From a virus (lineage: Duplodnaviria; Heunggongvirae; Uroviricota; Caudoviricetes), in the IMG/VR virus record IMGVR_UViG_3300020049_016248: a DNA stretch of 64,000 nucleotides; one strand, given 5' to 3'. Below are positions 1 to 10,907 of this stretch, piece by piece. The position numbers and the translations under genes are program-made. The notes under the pieces were generated by a model. The model searched no databases, had not been told where the DNA came from, and worked only from the letters and a program-made list of their open reading frames with translations. How positions within the stretch are numbered: the stretch's first letter is position 1; each line of letters opens with the position of its first letter.

Positions 1-1
1 T

Positions 2-364
2 AGGGTTTGGGGTATTAATATTCATTATAACTTTAAGTTATTAGAAGGTATCGTAGCAAATAAAATAAATGTATTATCTAAAATAAAACCTACAGAGAAA
101 CAAGAAACTGATAAGGAAACGTTAGAAAAAGACCCTTCTCCTAGACAAGAACAATTGAATAAGAAAAACATTCTTAGTCAAGGGGAAAATGAAGCTATTT
201 TAAATAAAGATGATAAAAAAACTATTACTAAAGAAGTTAAACCAGTTTATCCTACTCAATTATTAGAAACATATACTTTGCAAACAATACCAAGTAATAT
301 TTTACGTAATTATCTATACCCTAGAACGTCTAGTATTAATAAATTAACATTTAAAACGTTATAA
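2..364 (+). CDS. 5'-truncated hypothetical protein (open from position 2, longer than the 155..364 track ORF)
   Basis: Frame 2 has no stop from nt 2 (RVWGINIHYNFK...) to TAA at 362-364, which overlaps the next ATG. Confidence 0.7.
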   Translation, partial: RVWGINIHYNFKLLEGIVANKINVLSKIKPTEKQETDKETLEKDPSPRQEQLNKKNILSQGENEAILNKDDKKTITKEVKPVYPTQLLETYTLQTIPSNILRNYLYPRTSSINKLTFKTL

Positions 365-1377
365 TGTCATTTATCATATCTACAACTGGTAATATTGCTT
401 CTGTTTCTTTCCCTGAACTAGGTAAAACGTTTACTCATCCTATGTCTGCATATGATTTAGAGTCTGAATTTCCGATAGAAAGAATTTTAGCTGCCACATC
501 TATTGTCAATGCAGTTGAAAGTAATTGGATTTTAGCAGTTTATAATGGGCAAGTTTTACCGCTGCCGCAACCTACAACAGGTGGAGGTGGAGGGGCAGTA
601 GACTCAGTTTTTGGTAGAATAGGGGTAGTTACTGCTCAATCTGGTGATTACACTACGACTTTAGTAACTGAAGGAACTAATTTATATTATACGAATGCTA
701 GAGCAAGGTTAGCTATAAGTGAAAGTATTACAGGTATTGATTATGATAATACTACAGGTGTTTTTTCTTTAACTTCTGGTTATACAATTCCTACAACAGC
801 ACAGTTGTCATCTTATTTAACTAGTAATCAAACAATTACACTTAGCAGTGAAGCAAGTGGTAGCGGAACAACTTCTATTAGCGTAACATTAAGTAATTCT
901 GCAGTTATTGCAAAACTTCTAACTGGATATACTTCTGGAGCTGGTTCAATAACATCTTCAGATTCAATTTTAACTGCAATACAAAAATTAGATGGTAATA
1001 TTGACGCTATACCACAGCAACATGCTTATGTGTCTGCAACTTTTGATGGTGCTGGTGGTGTTATTTTAATTAACTCTACTACAACTTTCATGGTTCCATT
1101 TACAGGAACTATAACTGAATGGACATTATTAGAAACATCAAACACACCAGTTTCTTCATCTATAGTAATAGATGCTTGGAAAGATACTTATACAAACTAT
1201 CCACCTACAGTTTTAGGTACAATATTTGGAACTAAACCATCTTTAACTGCTGCAATAAAAAATCAAGCAACAGGTTTATCTATACCAGTAACTGAAGGGG
1301 AAATAATTAAACTAAATATTGACTCTGCGTCAAGCGCATTAAAAATAAAATTAACATTTAAAATTGTAAGATCGTAA
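364..1377 (+). CDS. virion structural / tail-fibre-like modular protein
   Basis: Thr/Ser/Gly-rich; VDSVFGR.GVV, EGTNLYYT and LTGYTSG...AIQKL.GNI modules; C-terminal beta-sandwich shared with 3604..6285. Confidence 0.7.
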   Translation: MSFIISTTGNIASVSFPELGKTFTHPMSAYDLESEFPIERILAATSIVNAVESNWILAVYNGQVLPLPQPTTGGGGGAVDSVFGRIGVVTAQSGDYTTTLVTEGTNLYYTNARARLAISESITGIDYDNTTGVFSLTSGYTIPTTAQLSSYLTSNQTITLSSEASGSGTTSISVTLSNSAVIAKLLTGYTSGAGSITSSDSILTAIQKLDGNIDAIPQQHAYVSATFDGAGGVILINSTTTFMVPFTGTITEWTLLETSNTPVSSSIVIDAWKDTYTNYPPTVLGTIFGTKPSLTAAIKNQATGLSIPVTEGEIIKLNIDSASSALKIKLTFKIVRS

Positions 1378-1583
1378 TGAATTATAAAATTTTAAACACA
1401 CGAGAAGAAGTAACTGTTATAACAGAGGTTGAATATACATTTGAAGATGGTTCAACTTCTATAGTCAACGTAAGTCATTTTATGCCTAAGTCTGAAGAAG
1501 ACATTATTAAAGGTATTGAAAATAGACTTGTAACTGAAAATAATAACTTAGAGAATTTAACAGAAAATATAATTGAAGAATAA
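1377..1583 (+). CDS. small acidic protein, possible fibre assembly chaperone
   Basis: 68 aa, TAATG-coupled to the fibre gene; function inferred from position only. Confidence 0.5.
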   Translation: MNYKILNTREEVTVITEVEYTFEDGSTSIVNVSHFMPKSEEDIIKGIENRLVTENNNLENLTENIIEE

Positions 1584-1586
1584 TAA

Positions 1587-2771
1587 ATGGCAGCAAGGTA
1601 TTGGGTAACTGGTGGAACAGGAAATGTAAATAGTACAACTAATTGGTCGACATCAAGTGGAGGGGTTAGTGGTGCTTCTGTCCCTGTGTTAACTGATGAT
1701 GCTATATTTGATGGAAACAGTGGGACAGGAACAGTAACTGTAAATGCAGTTATGGACTTGTTGTCAATAAATTTTACATCTTTTGGAGGGACTTTAGCTT
1801 TTAATCAAACAATAAGATTAAATGGTGGGAATGTAACATTTGGTTCTGGGATGACCATTACAGGTTCAGCAGGGTTAACCTTTCTTGCAAGTAGTACTAT
1901 AACATCAAATGGGAAAGAAATCTTAGGTCCAATTCAAATTATAATAGGTTTCCCTTCTGGTGGTACAATAACATTGAACGGAGATTTTAAATGTGGTGCT
2001 GTACTTCATAATAATATGTCAGGTATAGTAAATATTGATGGAAGTGATTTATATTTAAAAGGTGGAGCGACAGCTTTTATAACAACGTCTGGAAGAACAA
2101 TTCAAGGTACTTCAACTATAAGACTCGTAGCAACTACTGCATCTCTTACAATAAGTATGACAGGAACAATTAGAAGTAATGTAGTTATAAATGCTACCAA
2201 TCAAATAAATCAAACTTCAAATGTTAACATAGGAGGCGGAACTTGGACTTATACAGCAGGAACTTGGAATACAGGTGGAAATGGTTTCAGTATAGTAAGT
2301 AATTGTACTTTAAATTTAGCAGGTATGCCAATTGCTAGATTGTTAACTGGAGCTGCAGCAACTTGTACATTAACAAGTCAACTAACAATCACACAAGACG
2401 TTCAATATTCATTAGCAACAGGTTTTATATTTGCAGGTGCATATGGGTTTAGTTGTACAACGTTAACAGACAATGCAACATCAACTGCAAGAGCAATAAC
2501 ACTTTCAGCAGGTGCAGAGTATTTCGTAACAAGTTCAATATTTTTACAATCAGGTTGGAATGGAAGTAAGTGTTCAATATTAAGTGGTACCCCAGGAACA
2601 AAAGCTAAATTAAATATAACTCAATCAGTTACTCAAGATTTAGCTAACTTGAATATAACCGACATAGAAGCAAGTAATTATACTTTATGGTTATATAATG
2701 GAACAATAACAAACTGCACTAACGTTAGACGATTAAATCACAAACAACCAACAATCACTTATTCTTCTTAG
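1587..2771 (+). CDS. beta-helix-like virion structural protein
   Basis: N-terminal RYWV.GGTG...NWS..SGG..GASVP...DD..FD.NSG motif common in phage tail proteins; T/G/N-rich. Confidence 0.6.
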   Translation: MAARYWVTGGTGNVNSTTNWSTSSGGVSGASVPVLTDDAIFDGNSGTGTVTVNAVMDLLSINFTSFGGTLAFNQTIRLNGGNVTFGSGMTITGSAGLTFLASSTITSNGKEILGPIQIIIGFPSGGTITLNGDFKCGAVLHNNMSGIVNIDGSDLYLKGGATAFITTSGRTIQGTSTIRLVATTASLTISMTGTIRSNVVINATNQINQTSNVNIGGGTWTYTAGTWNTGGNGFSIVSNCTLNLAGMPIARLLTGAAATCTLTSQLTITQDVQYSLATGFIFAGAYGFSCTTLTDNATSTARAITLSAGAEYFVTSSIFLQSGWNGSKCSILSGTPGTKAKLNITQSVTQDLANLNITDIEASNYTLWLYNGTITNCTNVRRLNHKQPTITYSS

Positions 2772-2824
2772 AAGTTATAATCTTTTATATGGTTTTTATA
2801 TTTAAAATATATTAATCTTCAACA

Positions 2825-3604
2825 ATGTCTACAGAAAATCAAAAGAACCCATTTCTTTTAGAACAAAAGGATTTTTCCTCTTATAATACTCTTGTTGACG
2901 CTGATAATGAAATAATATTTAAAGTTCCAGGTTTAGAAATTTATATCATTTCAGAAGATAAGTTTTATTATTGGGATGGAAGTGCTTGGGTTCAAGAAAA
3001 TATTTCCGGTTCTTCTGGGGAAACAAATACTGCTTCTAACGTTGGAACTGGTGAAGGTTTATATAAAGATAAAGTTGGTGTAGATTTAAGATTTAAAACC
3101 TTAAAACAAGGGACTAATATTACATTAACTGCTTCTGCTGATGAAATATTAATATCTGCAACAGATACAGACAGTCAAACAGCTTCAGATGTAAGTTATA
3201 ACAATGTCGTTTCAGATTTAATTTCAATCAATGTACAAGATGCTATTGATGAGTTAGCTAGTTTGAGAGAAAATATATGTTTTTCAGCTTCTCGTAATGC
3301 TGTTGCTACAAATATTTATTTGAGGACTGAAGATAGTACCCCGACAAATTTAACACCATTCGTGTTGCAGTTCGATGCTACTTTAACTTACATGTCTTCT
3401 GCAACAGATGGGAATGAAACATGGGTTGCTGAAGTTCATAAAAATAATATATTAGTAGTAGGTGCAACTTTAACTTCTACAAATGTAAGTTCTAACTACT
3501 CAACGTATAATATAAACTTTAGTGCTGGTGATAAGATTTCATTATATTGTAATGGAACTTCTATACAAAGACCTAAAATTAATTTAGTTTTTAGAAAAAG
3601 ATAA
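2825..3604 (+). CDS. tail-fibre-like structural protein
   Basis: NTASNVGTGEGLYKDKVGVDLRFKTL and NVQDAIDEL motifs; C-terminal beta-sandwich. Confidence 0.6.
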   Translation: MSTENQKNPFLLEQKDFSSYNTLVDADNEIIFKVPGLEIYIISEDKFYYWDGSAWVQENISGSSGETNTASNVGTGEGLYKDKVGVDLRFKTLKQGTNITLTASADEILISATDTDSQTASDVSYNNVVSDLISINVQDAIDELASLRENICFSASRNAVATNIYLRTEDSTPTNLTPFVLQFDATLTYMSSATDGNETWVAEVHKNNILVVGATLTSTNVSSNYSTYNINFSAGDKISLYCNGTSIQRPKINLVFRKR

Positions 3605-6285
3605 TGATATTTTCAATAACAACAACTGGTTTACAAACACCTGTTATTTTCAATGACTTAGGTGCTAGAACTTTCAGTCATCCTACTGTAAATTTTAATC
3701 TAACAGATGAATTTACAATAGAAGAAATTAGAGAATCTATTGATATCTTTAACGCTCTTGATTTAGGTTATATTACTGCTACGTTAGATGGAGTTAACAT
3801 CACATCTACTAATTTAGATAGTTTATTAGTATTAACGACAGATCCTCGTTTAACTGTTCAAAATATTGTAAATGTAAAAAAGAACCCTGGTATTGGAGAG
3901 TTTTCATCTATAAAAGATGCAATAGATTCAATTTCAGATAACTCTAGTACAAATAGATATTTGATAAGTGTAGGTCCTGGAGAATATATTGAAGCTGAAT
4001 TAGATTTATCAAGTAAACCATATGTTTCAATTATAGGAAGTGGAATTCAAACAACTGTAATTAAACCTAGTTTAAGTAGTCATCATATTTTTAAATTAGG
4101 AACGTATAACGAATTATCTTTTATGTGGTTAGAAGGTGCAGGTTCTGGGTATGCAGCAATTGCATGTTTAGATTCAGGGGACTATTCGCAAGCACATAAA
4201 ATAACTTTTAACGATTGTGATATTAATATTTTAATAACATCTGAGACTCAAGATACTTTCTTTTATGGGGAGTATATTGATTTTAATGGAACATATACAT
4301 ATGGTGTTAGAATTATAGCAAATAATGGGTTTAAAGCTTATGGTAATTTAGAAAATTATTATAACTTTCCAATTGCTAGTTCAACAGGAACTTATATTTC
4401 TGGTGTAGGTTCAGAAGCAAGTATTATAACTAGTGGAAATAAGGGGAATAATTTAGGTACTGGTATCTTATTAGAAGATGGTGCTGAAGTTGATATTCAA
4501 GCTGCATATATTGAACATTGGGAAAATGGTATTATAATAAGTAATACTGGAGCTTTTTCTATATTAGACGCACAGTCTTTAGATATAAGTAGTTGTTCAG
4601 TTTATCATTTGAATATAGATCATTCATTTGCAGAAGGTAGCTTTATAGGGTCTTTAAATACAAACTTAATAATAAATCAATCTTCAAGTTTTGTTATAAG
4701 TGCAACAGATCATGAAAATAAAAATATACTATTAGGTGGTAATTCTATAACAAATATTAATTCATTAACTGTTACTTCTTTTACGCCAGGTCAAATCGTA
4801 TTCCCTAGTACTGGAGGTTTATTAGCAGGTAGTTCTAATTTGTTTTGGGATGCTGCAACTAATAGATTAGGGATTGGTAACAGTTTACCTACAGTAGCTT
4901 TAGATGTTACAGGTTCTATTAAACTTTCTGGAACTCTTACTATAGATACCTTATCTGGTATATTGAAAGCTTCATCTGGTGTTGTGACAGGTTCAGCAAC
5001 TACATCTGATTTACCTGAAGGTACTAATTTATATTATACTGATGCAAAAGTAATTGCTGCACCTTTAACTGGTTATACGTCAGGAACTGGTATCATTTCA
5101 GCAGCAGATACTGTATTACAAGCAATCCAAAAATTAAACGGTAATATAAATGCATTAACAACTGGTGTTAGTTCAGTTAACGGATTAACAGGTGCTGTTG
5201 CATTAACAGGTACAAGTGACAGGATAACAATATCAGTTGCTAATGTTTTCGACATTGCCTCTACTTATGTAGGGCAAATTTCAATTACAACACTAGGAAC
5301 TATTACAACAGGAACTTGGAACGGTACAATAATATCTCCAACGTATGGTGGAACTGGTATTAATAATGCAAGTAGAACTTTAACAATAAACACAAACAGT
5401 GGGATTTTGGATTTTACTAATAGTAGCACAACTTTAACAATATCAAGTAATGCAACAGTTAGTGGGACAAATACGGGTGACAATGCAGTTAATACTTTGT
5501 ACAGTGGATTAGCATCCTCTAAAGAAGATGTATCAAACAAAGCAACTTCATTTGCAACATTAAACAATGTTTTATACCCAACGACTCAAGCAGTTTCAAC
5601 ATACGTAACAGGGCTTGGTTATTTAACTGCTACATCATTACCTAATAATACTATATTTACAAATGCGTTAGGTCAAAACATTTTTGCAACAGGTTCAAAT
5701 AAATTATATCTGTATTCAGGAACAGCTGGTATACAGTTTACAAATCAAGCGAACACTACAGCTATTGGTGATCTTACTAACACAGGTGATTTTAGTGTAA
5801 TTGGTAGTATATCAGCTAGTAATTTAACAGGAACGAATACAGGAGATCAGACGTTGAATAGTTTATTACCAACACAAACTGGAAATAGCGGTAAAGTACT
5901 ACAAACAGATGGTTCTAATCCAAGTTGGTCAGATAATTATGGAACATTTGGTATAACTATAGATGGTGCAGGGAATGTAATTACTACAGGTTTTAAACAA
6001 TATTTAATTATACCATATAACTGTGTAATAATAGGTTGGTATATCATTGCTAATACAGTTGGTTCATGCGTTATCGATGTATGGAAAGACGTAACAATCC
6101 CAACGAGCGGTGATAGTATTACTGGAACTGAAAAACCAACATTAACTGGACAACAAACAAATAGTGACAGTTCACTGTCAACGTGGACAACGACAGTAAA
6201 TGCTAATGATATTATTGGATTTAATGTTGATTCAATTAGTGGTTTAAGTAAAATAACACTAGTAATAAAAGTAAGAAAAATTTAA
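3604..6285 (+). CDS. long tail-fibre protein with pectin-lyase-like region
   Basis: FSSIKDAID...VGPGEY.E beta-helix start; N-terminus, internal module and C-terminus paralogous to 364..1377. Confidence 0.7.
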   Translation: MIFSITTTGLQTPVIFNDLGARTFSHPTVNFNLTDEFTIEEIRESIDIFNALDLGYITATLDGVNITSTNLDSLLVLTTDPRLTVQNIVNVKKNPGIGEFSSIKDAIDSISDNSSTNRYLISVGPGEYIEAELDLSSKPYVSIIGSGIQTTVIKPSLSSHHIFKLGTYNELSFMWLEGAGSGYAAIACLDSGDYSQAHKITFNDCDINILITSETQDTFFYGEYIDFNGTYTYGVRIIANNGFKAYGNLENYYNFPIASSTGTYISGVGSEASIITSGNKGNNLGTGILLEDGAEVDIQAAYIEHWENGIIISNTGAFSILDAQSLDISSCSVYHLNIDHSFAEGSFIGSLNTNLIINQSSSFVISATDHENKNILLGGNSITNINSLTVTSFTPGQIVFPSTGGLLAGSSNLFWDAATNRLGIGNSLPTVALDVTGSIKLSGTLTIDTLSGILKASSGVVTGSATTSDLPEGTNLYYTDAKVIAAPLTGYTSGTGIISAADTVLQAIQKLNGNINALTTGVSSVNGLTGAVALTGTSDRITISVANVFDIASTYVGQISITTLGTITTGTWNGTIISPTYGGTGINNASRTLTINTNSGILDFTNSSTTLTISSNATVSGTNTGDNAVNTLYSGLASSKEDVSNKATSFATLNNVLYPTTQAVSTYVTGLGYLTATSLPNNTIFTNALGQNIFATGSNKLYLYSGTAGIQFTNQANTTAIGDLTNTGDFSVIGSISASNLTGTNTGDQTLNSLLPTQTGNSGKVLQTDGSNPSWSDNYGTFGITIDGAGNVITTGFKQYLIIPYNCVIIGWYIIANTVGSCVIDVWKDVTIPTSGDSITGTEKPTLTGQQTNSDSSLSTWTTTVNANDIIGFNVDSISGLSKITLVIKVRKI

Positions 6286-6300
6286 AATTATATATATATA

Positions 6301-8415
6301 ATGTCAATAAAAGCAATACAACATAAGTTCACAGGGGATACTACGTTGGTAAGTGCATATGATTCCACTAAAACAAATTTAGGGGCACTTATAAAACAAT
6401 ATACGGGTGCTACAAGTTTAGATAAATTTGCAGGTCCATGTAAAGTTGGAATAGGTAGACCTATGGAGCAATCAACAGCAATTCCTGGGGTATACCCTTA
6501 TGTTTATAGATTTTCAAATACAATAGATCATGTTTTTTTAGCTGATTTAGCGACAGCTGCTGCAACTAGAAGAATTATAATGTATGAATATAATAGAGAA
6601 ACCTCACAGTTTAATTGGAAAGGATTTATTACATTAACATATCCTACAGCTACAACTCATACTATAAAAGGTATGCGTATGGTAAGAGAGTTATATACTA
6701 CAGGGACAGTTGCAGTATCAGGTACAGCTGTAACAGGAACTAGTACAACATGGACAACTGATAGAATGTCAGTTGGTTGTAGAATAGGTTTTGGATCAAC
6801 TGATCCAACACAAATAACAACATGGTATACTATATCAGCAGTTGGGTCTAATACTTCTATAACATTAACAGCATCTGCTGGTACTATATCAGCTGGAACT
6901 GCTTATGTAATTGAAGATTTAATGTGTATAACAACAACAGTAAATGCAACTGCTACTAACGGTGGGTTGTATGTTGCAAAAGGTTTAAATGTTGATATTT
7001 TTACTTCTGTTGGAACTACTATACCTGCAGCTACTACAGTTGACAATATTAGAGCTGTATATTGGTTAGCTGATGCATCAACTGTAACAAATACAATTGC
7101 ATGCGGAAGTGCTATTAATGATAAAGTTTCTTGGATAGATGCAAACGTTTATGTTTTAGATGCAACAGGTCCTAAGGTATATAAATATAATTACAGAAAA
7201 GCGTTAACACTTGCTTCTGGTAAAGATACAACAACTTTAGTTTTAACTACTGGTACTCAAGCAGTAACAGGTACTATATCACAAACTAACAATGGACGCA
7301 TAGGAACTTTAAATCACGGTCCAGGTGCAGGTGTTCCTTGTTTATATTTTGTAACAACTACTAGATGTTATAGAGCTATATTAACAAATATAACAGCAGC
7401 TTCAACAACATGGCAAGCTGATACAATGGTAGAAATTCCCCCTGGTAGTGTTAATACATATGCTGCTGGTGGTGCATTTGCGTGTGTTGAAATAGCAGGT
7501 GATATAGATAGATTAGTTATAACATCAACAGGTGCTGCTGGTATTAGAAGTTATGTTACTCAATATAATACAACATCTAATCCATTTGATCATATATTTT
7601 TATCAGATGATAAACAATTAGATCAGTCATTAGCAGATTCAGGGGGCACTCCTCACCCTGCAATATTAGCATCAATTATGACACCTTGGTCAGAACAAGG
7701 AGTGTTATATTTAGCTAGAAGTGGTACAACAGCAATATTGAATCAAATTTATACTATTCCAATTGGTGCTCATAGAGCTTATGCTAATGCTAATGAACAA
7801 TTATTAATTACACCTAGTTTTGATATATCTGACGCTAATAAATTATATAATTTATATGTGAATGATATACATGCAGTAGGTGATAGTACATTTTCAGTTC
7901 AAACTGAACCATATGATATTTATTATAGAACAAGTGGAATAACTGATAATAGTGGAACTTGGAATTTATTAGATGAAAGTGGGGATTTAAGTGGTGTAAC
8001 AGGTACAAATATACAATTTAGTTTTATGTTTAAAATATTAGGAATAACATGTATACCGTCTAGAATATTATCTTTAACATTAACATATGAAGATACTACA
8101 AATGATAGTCATTATACACCATCTGTAGCAAATTCATCTATAGCAAGTAGAATCTTTGCATACAGACAAGATGTAGCTTGGGGAAGTAATATACCAACAA
8201 TGAGAATACAATTATACAATGCAGTAACTAATGTATTATTAATAGATGATGACACTTCAGCTCAAGCATATGGAACATTTGAATACTCATCAGATAATGG
8301 TGGGACATGGAATGCATGGTTGAATACTGCAGATGTTGTAGGAAACTACATTAGATACACTGCAGCATCATTACCAGATGGGACAAGAGTGAAAGCAATA
8401 ATATCTCAAGCTTAA
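6301..8415 (+). CDS. virion structural protein
   Basis: 704 aa, T/A/G-rich, GTVAVSGTAVTGTSTTW-type fibre motif, inside the tail cluster. Confidence 0.55.
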   Translation: MSIKAIQHKFTGDTTLVSAYDSTKTNLGALIKQYTGATSLDKFAGPCKVGIGRPMEQSTAIPGVYPYVYRFSNTIDHVFLADLATAAATRRIIMYEYNRETSQFNWKGFITLTYPTATTHTIKGMRMVRELYTTGTVAVSGTAVTGTSTTWTTDRMSVGCRIGFGSTDPTQITTWYTISAVGSNTSITLTASAGTISAGTAYVIEDLMCITTTVNATATNGGLYVAKGLNVDIFTSVGTTIPAATTVDNIRAVYWLADASTVTNTIACGSAINDKVSWIDANVYVLDATGPKVYKYNYRKALTLASGKDTTTLVLTTGTQAVTGTISQTNNGRIGTLNHGPGAGVPCLYFVTTTRCYRAILTNITAASTTWQADTMVEIPPGSVNTYAAGGAFACVEIAGDIDRLVITSTGAAGIRSYVTQYNTTSNPFDHIFLSDDKQLDQSLADSGGTPHPAILASIMTPWSEQGVLYLARSGTTAILNQIYTIPIGAHRAYANANEQLLITPSFDISDANKLYNLYVNDIHAVGDSTFSVQTEPYDIYYRTSGITDNSGTWNLLDESGDLSGVTGTNIQFSFMFKILGITCIPSRILSLTLTYEDTTNDSHYTPSVANSSIASRIFAYRQDVAWGSNIPTMRIQLYNAVTNVLLIDDDTSAQAYGTFEYSSDNGGTWNAWLNTADVVGNYIRYTAASLPDGTRVKAIISQA

Positions 8416-8428
8416 TAAATAAAGAATA

Positions 8429-8590
8429 ATGATAGCTGATATTGTATATAGTACAAATGAATTTATTTTAGAAGTACCAAATGGAACTCCAGGGGGTGTT
8501 ATAAAATCGTATTCATTAGATGGTCTTAATTATGATTTTACTGAATCAATAGGTGGAGGTGGTGAAACAAGCAGTGTATTCGTAACATAG
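8429..8590 (+). CDS. 53-aa small protein missing from the ORF track
   Basis: MIADIVYSTNEF...GGGGETSSVFVT*; A-rich leader; fills the gap between two genes. Confidence 0.6.
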   Translation: MIADIVYSTNEFILEVPNGTPGGVIKSYSLDGLNYDFTESIGGGGETSSVFVT

Positions 8591-8604
8591 TTAAAAGTAA
8601 AATA

Positions 8605-9141
8605 ATGGGAAATCAAAAAGCTAAGTTTAAAATAAATAAATCTTGGGATAGTCCTGAGTTATTAGATTATGATATTTTAGGTTATCATAAGAAAAGAACT
8701 ATTATAAAAGGTGAATTAGTTTCTATTGAATATTATAAAAACTATGACGGAGTTGATTATTCAGACTTAGTAGTTAAAGAAGAAAGAACTTACACTAGAA
8801 ATAATTTAGGTCTAGTACAGTCTAGACTATTAACAATAACTTGGTATTTAGAAGATAATACTGCAGGTTATATTAAGTCATGTAAAAAGTTTTATTCTTC
8901 ATCAGAATCTATAGATGAAGGTATTACAAGAAGAAATAATATAATTAACGATGCAAAAGTTTATGTTTTATCTGCTATAGGTCAAAGTTATGGTTTTGAT
9001 TTCATGACAAGTTTAAAATCACAAATTGATTTATATACACAAGGATATAAACAACCTTTGTATGATGCTATATTAAGCAGTTCAAAAGCATATCTAACAG
9101 AACAAATTAAAAATAATTTAATAGATATTGTCACATTCTAG
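8605..9141 (+). CDS. hypothetical protein
   Basis: 178-aa ORF in the structural operon. Confidence 0.6.
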   Translation: MGNQKAKFKINKSWDSPELLDYDILGYHKKRTIIKGELVSIEYYKNYDGVDYSDLVVKEERTYTRNNLGLVQSRLLTITWYLEDNTAGYIKSCKKFYSSSESIDEGITRRNNIINDAKVYVLSAIGQSYGFDFMTSLKSQIDLYTQGYKQPLYDAILSSSKAYLTEQIKNNLIDIVTF

Positions 9142-9186
9142 CACCTTAAGTGATATTTACGTTTACGAATATTTAACTTATCCTTA

Positions 9187-9762
9187 ATGAAAGCAGTAGA
9201 AAAATATAACAAATTAAGACAAGAACTTAAAACAGGTGATATTGTCTTATTTCATAGAAAATCATTATTAGCAAACATTATACAATGGGCTGATAACTCT
9301 TACTATAATCATGCATCTATTGTATATTGGTTAGGGGATAGATTATTTACTGTAGATGCATGGGATAATGGAACAGAAATTGTCCCACTTTCAAGAAGAA
9401 TAAAACAATATGATGATTTTTGTATTGTGAGAAAAAACAACATTACACCTCAAGAATTACGTTTTGCTTGTTCTAATTTAATTTCTCGTATAGAAAAAGA
9501 TGAACCTTATGGTTGGTTAGAATTAGTTAGAAGACTAATTTGGTTAAAAGTTTTAAACAAAAACAACAAATTTTCTAACATAGAAAACTGGATTGCAAAA
9601 AAAAGACTACCAGTATGTAGTGATGTAGCAAGAGAATTCGGGGTAGATCTTGGAATCGTTTCATATAAAAGTTTAATATTACCTACACCTGAAGATTTAA
9701 AAAGACATGCACAGGAATCAGAAACTACAGTTTTATGGCATGATCATAAAGATAAACTATAA
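9187..9762 (+). CDS. permuted papain-like amidase (YaeF/YiiX-type NlpC/P60)
   Basis: LKTGDIVLF, YNHASIV (His) preceding PVCSDV (Cys), the circularly permuted order. Confidence 0.8.
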   Translation: MKAVEKYNKLRQELKTGDIVLFHRKSLLANIIQWADNSYYNHASIVYWLGDRLFTVDAWDNGTEIVPLSRRIKQYDDFCIVRKNNITPQELRFACSNLISRIEKDEPYGWLELVRRLIWLKVLNKNNKFSNIENWIAKKRLPVCSDVAREFGVDLGIVSYKSLILPTPEDLKRHAQESETTVLWHDHKDKL

Positions 9763-9765
9763 CTA

Positions 9766-10149
9766 ATGGCAGAAACATTTCGTAGAAGACCTTATTCTGA
9801 TTACCCTTTTTTGATAATTACTAATCACCCTTATAGAATTAAGTTAGGAAACTTAAGACAAACATTAAGAGTTTTTGTTCATCAGAAAGATAATCTTTTT
9901 GGAGATTCAAACCCTTTAGATTTAGCTGGGTTAACTATTACATTCAATTTATATAATTCAGATAATGTTTTAGTTGCATCTGGACCTGCTTATGTATCAG
10001 ATATAAATGAATCTGAGATTGAATATACTTGGTCTAATTTTGATTTGAAAGAAACGGGTGTTTTCAATGGTGAGTTTCTATTCTCAGATATTGATAATAC
10101 AACTTTTGTTCTTCCGAACAATGATCGAATTCAAATCATAGTTTTTTAA
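9766..10149 (+). CDS. BppU-N/Ig-like baseplate-associated protein
   Basis: DLAGLTITFNL...EIEYTW...DL.ETG.FNGEF...TTFVLP pattern. Confidence 0.55.
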   Translation: MAETFRRRPYSDYPFLIITNHPYRIKLGNLRQTLRVFVHQKDNLFGDSNPLDLAGLTITFNLYNSDNVLVASGPAYVSDINESEIEYTWSNFDLKETGVFNGEFLFSDIDNTTFVLPNNDRIQIIVF

Positions 10150-10907
10150 TGGGTACATCAAGTTTTTGTGTATATTTTCACATAAACCCTGTCAAACAAG
10201 AAGTATTCTATGTAGGAGCAGGGACTTTAGAGAGACCTTTTCAAAGTTTAAACAGAAGTAAATTTTGGAAAGATACGGTTAATAAATACGATTATGAAAT
10301 TATAATAATTCATAGTAATTTGACATGGAAACAAGCATGTAAACTTGAGATTAAATATATAGCTCAAATAGGGCGTAGAATAACTAAAGAAGGTCCTTTA
10401 GTTAATATTACAAAAGGTGGAGAAGGGTTCCGTGGGAAACATACACCGGAAACGAAGTTAAAAATGAGTCTAGCAAGTAAAGGGCATAAAAGAAACACAG
10501 GTCGAACTCTTTCATTAGAAACTAAAATAAAAATTGGGAAAGCGAATTCTTTAAAAAAAAGAACTATTGAACAAAAAGAAAACCTACGAAAGAAAGCTTT
10601 AGGGAATAAAAACATGTTAGGAAAACATCATTCTGAAGAAACAAAAGAAAAACTCCGTTTAGCAAGAAAAAATTATAAACATTCTGAAGAAACAAAAAAG
10701 AAAATTTCCTTAAAAAACAAAGGTAAAATTCCCTGGAACAAAGGGATAGTTAAACCTAAAACAATTTTAAAAGGACCTGGGAAAGGGAAGTTTAAACGTT
10801 CAGAAGAGTTTAAAGCTAAACTAAGTGCAATGAAAAGAGGAAAACTACGTGGACCATATAAAAAATTAGCAAAACAAAACAAGGAAATTACAATTTCACC
10901 TATTTAA
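10149..10907 (+). CDS. free-standing GIY-YIG-type homing endonuclease with NUMOD3 repeats
   Basis: CVYFH...VFYVG, LEIKYI, LVNITKGGEG, followed by repeated H(T/S)EETK.K.S NUMOD3 motifs. Confidence 0.85.
   Translation: MGTSSFCVYFHINPVKQEVFYVGAGTLERPFQSLNRSKFWKDTVNKYDYEIIIIHSNLTWKQACKLEIKYIAQIGRRITKEGPLVNITKGGEGFRGKHTPETKLKMSLASKGHKRNTGRTLSLETKIKIGKANSLKKRTIEQKENLRKKALGNKNMLGKHHSEETKEKLRLARKNYKHSEETKKKISLKNKGKIPWNKGIVKPKTILKGPGKGKFKRSEEFKAKLSAMKRGKLRGPYKKLAKQNKEITISPI

Noticed and set aside
5073-5567. Antisense track ORFs here and elsewhere (e.g. 10364, 10673, 10968, 13571, 17412, 21780, 27542, 36396, 37359, 43045, 46507, 51826, 53300, 56370, 59091, 60027) and the off-frame 27668 ORF
   Set aside because: Shadows of longer, motif-bearing genes
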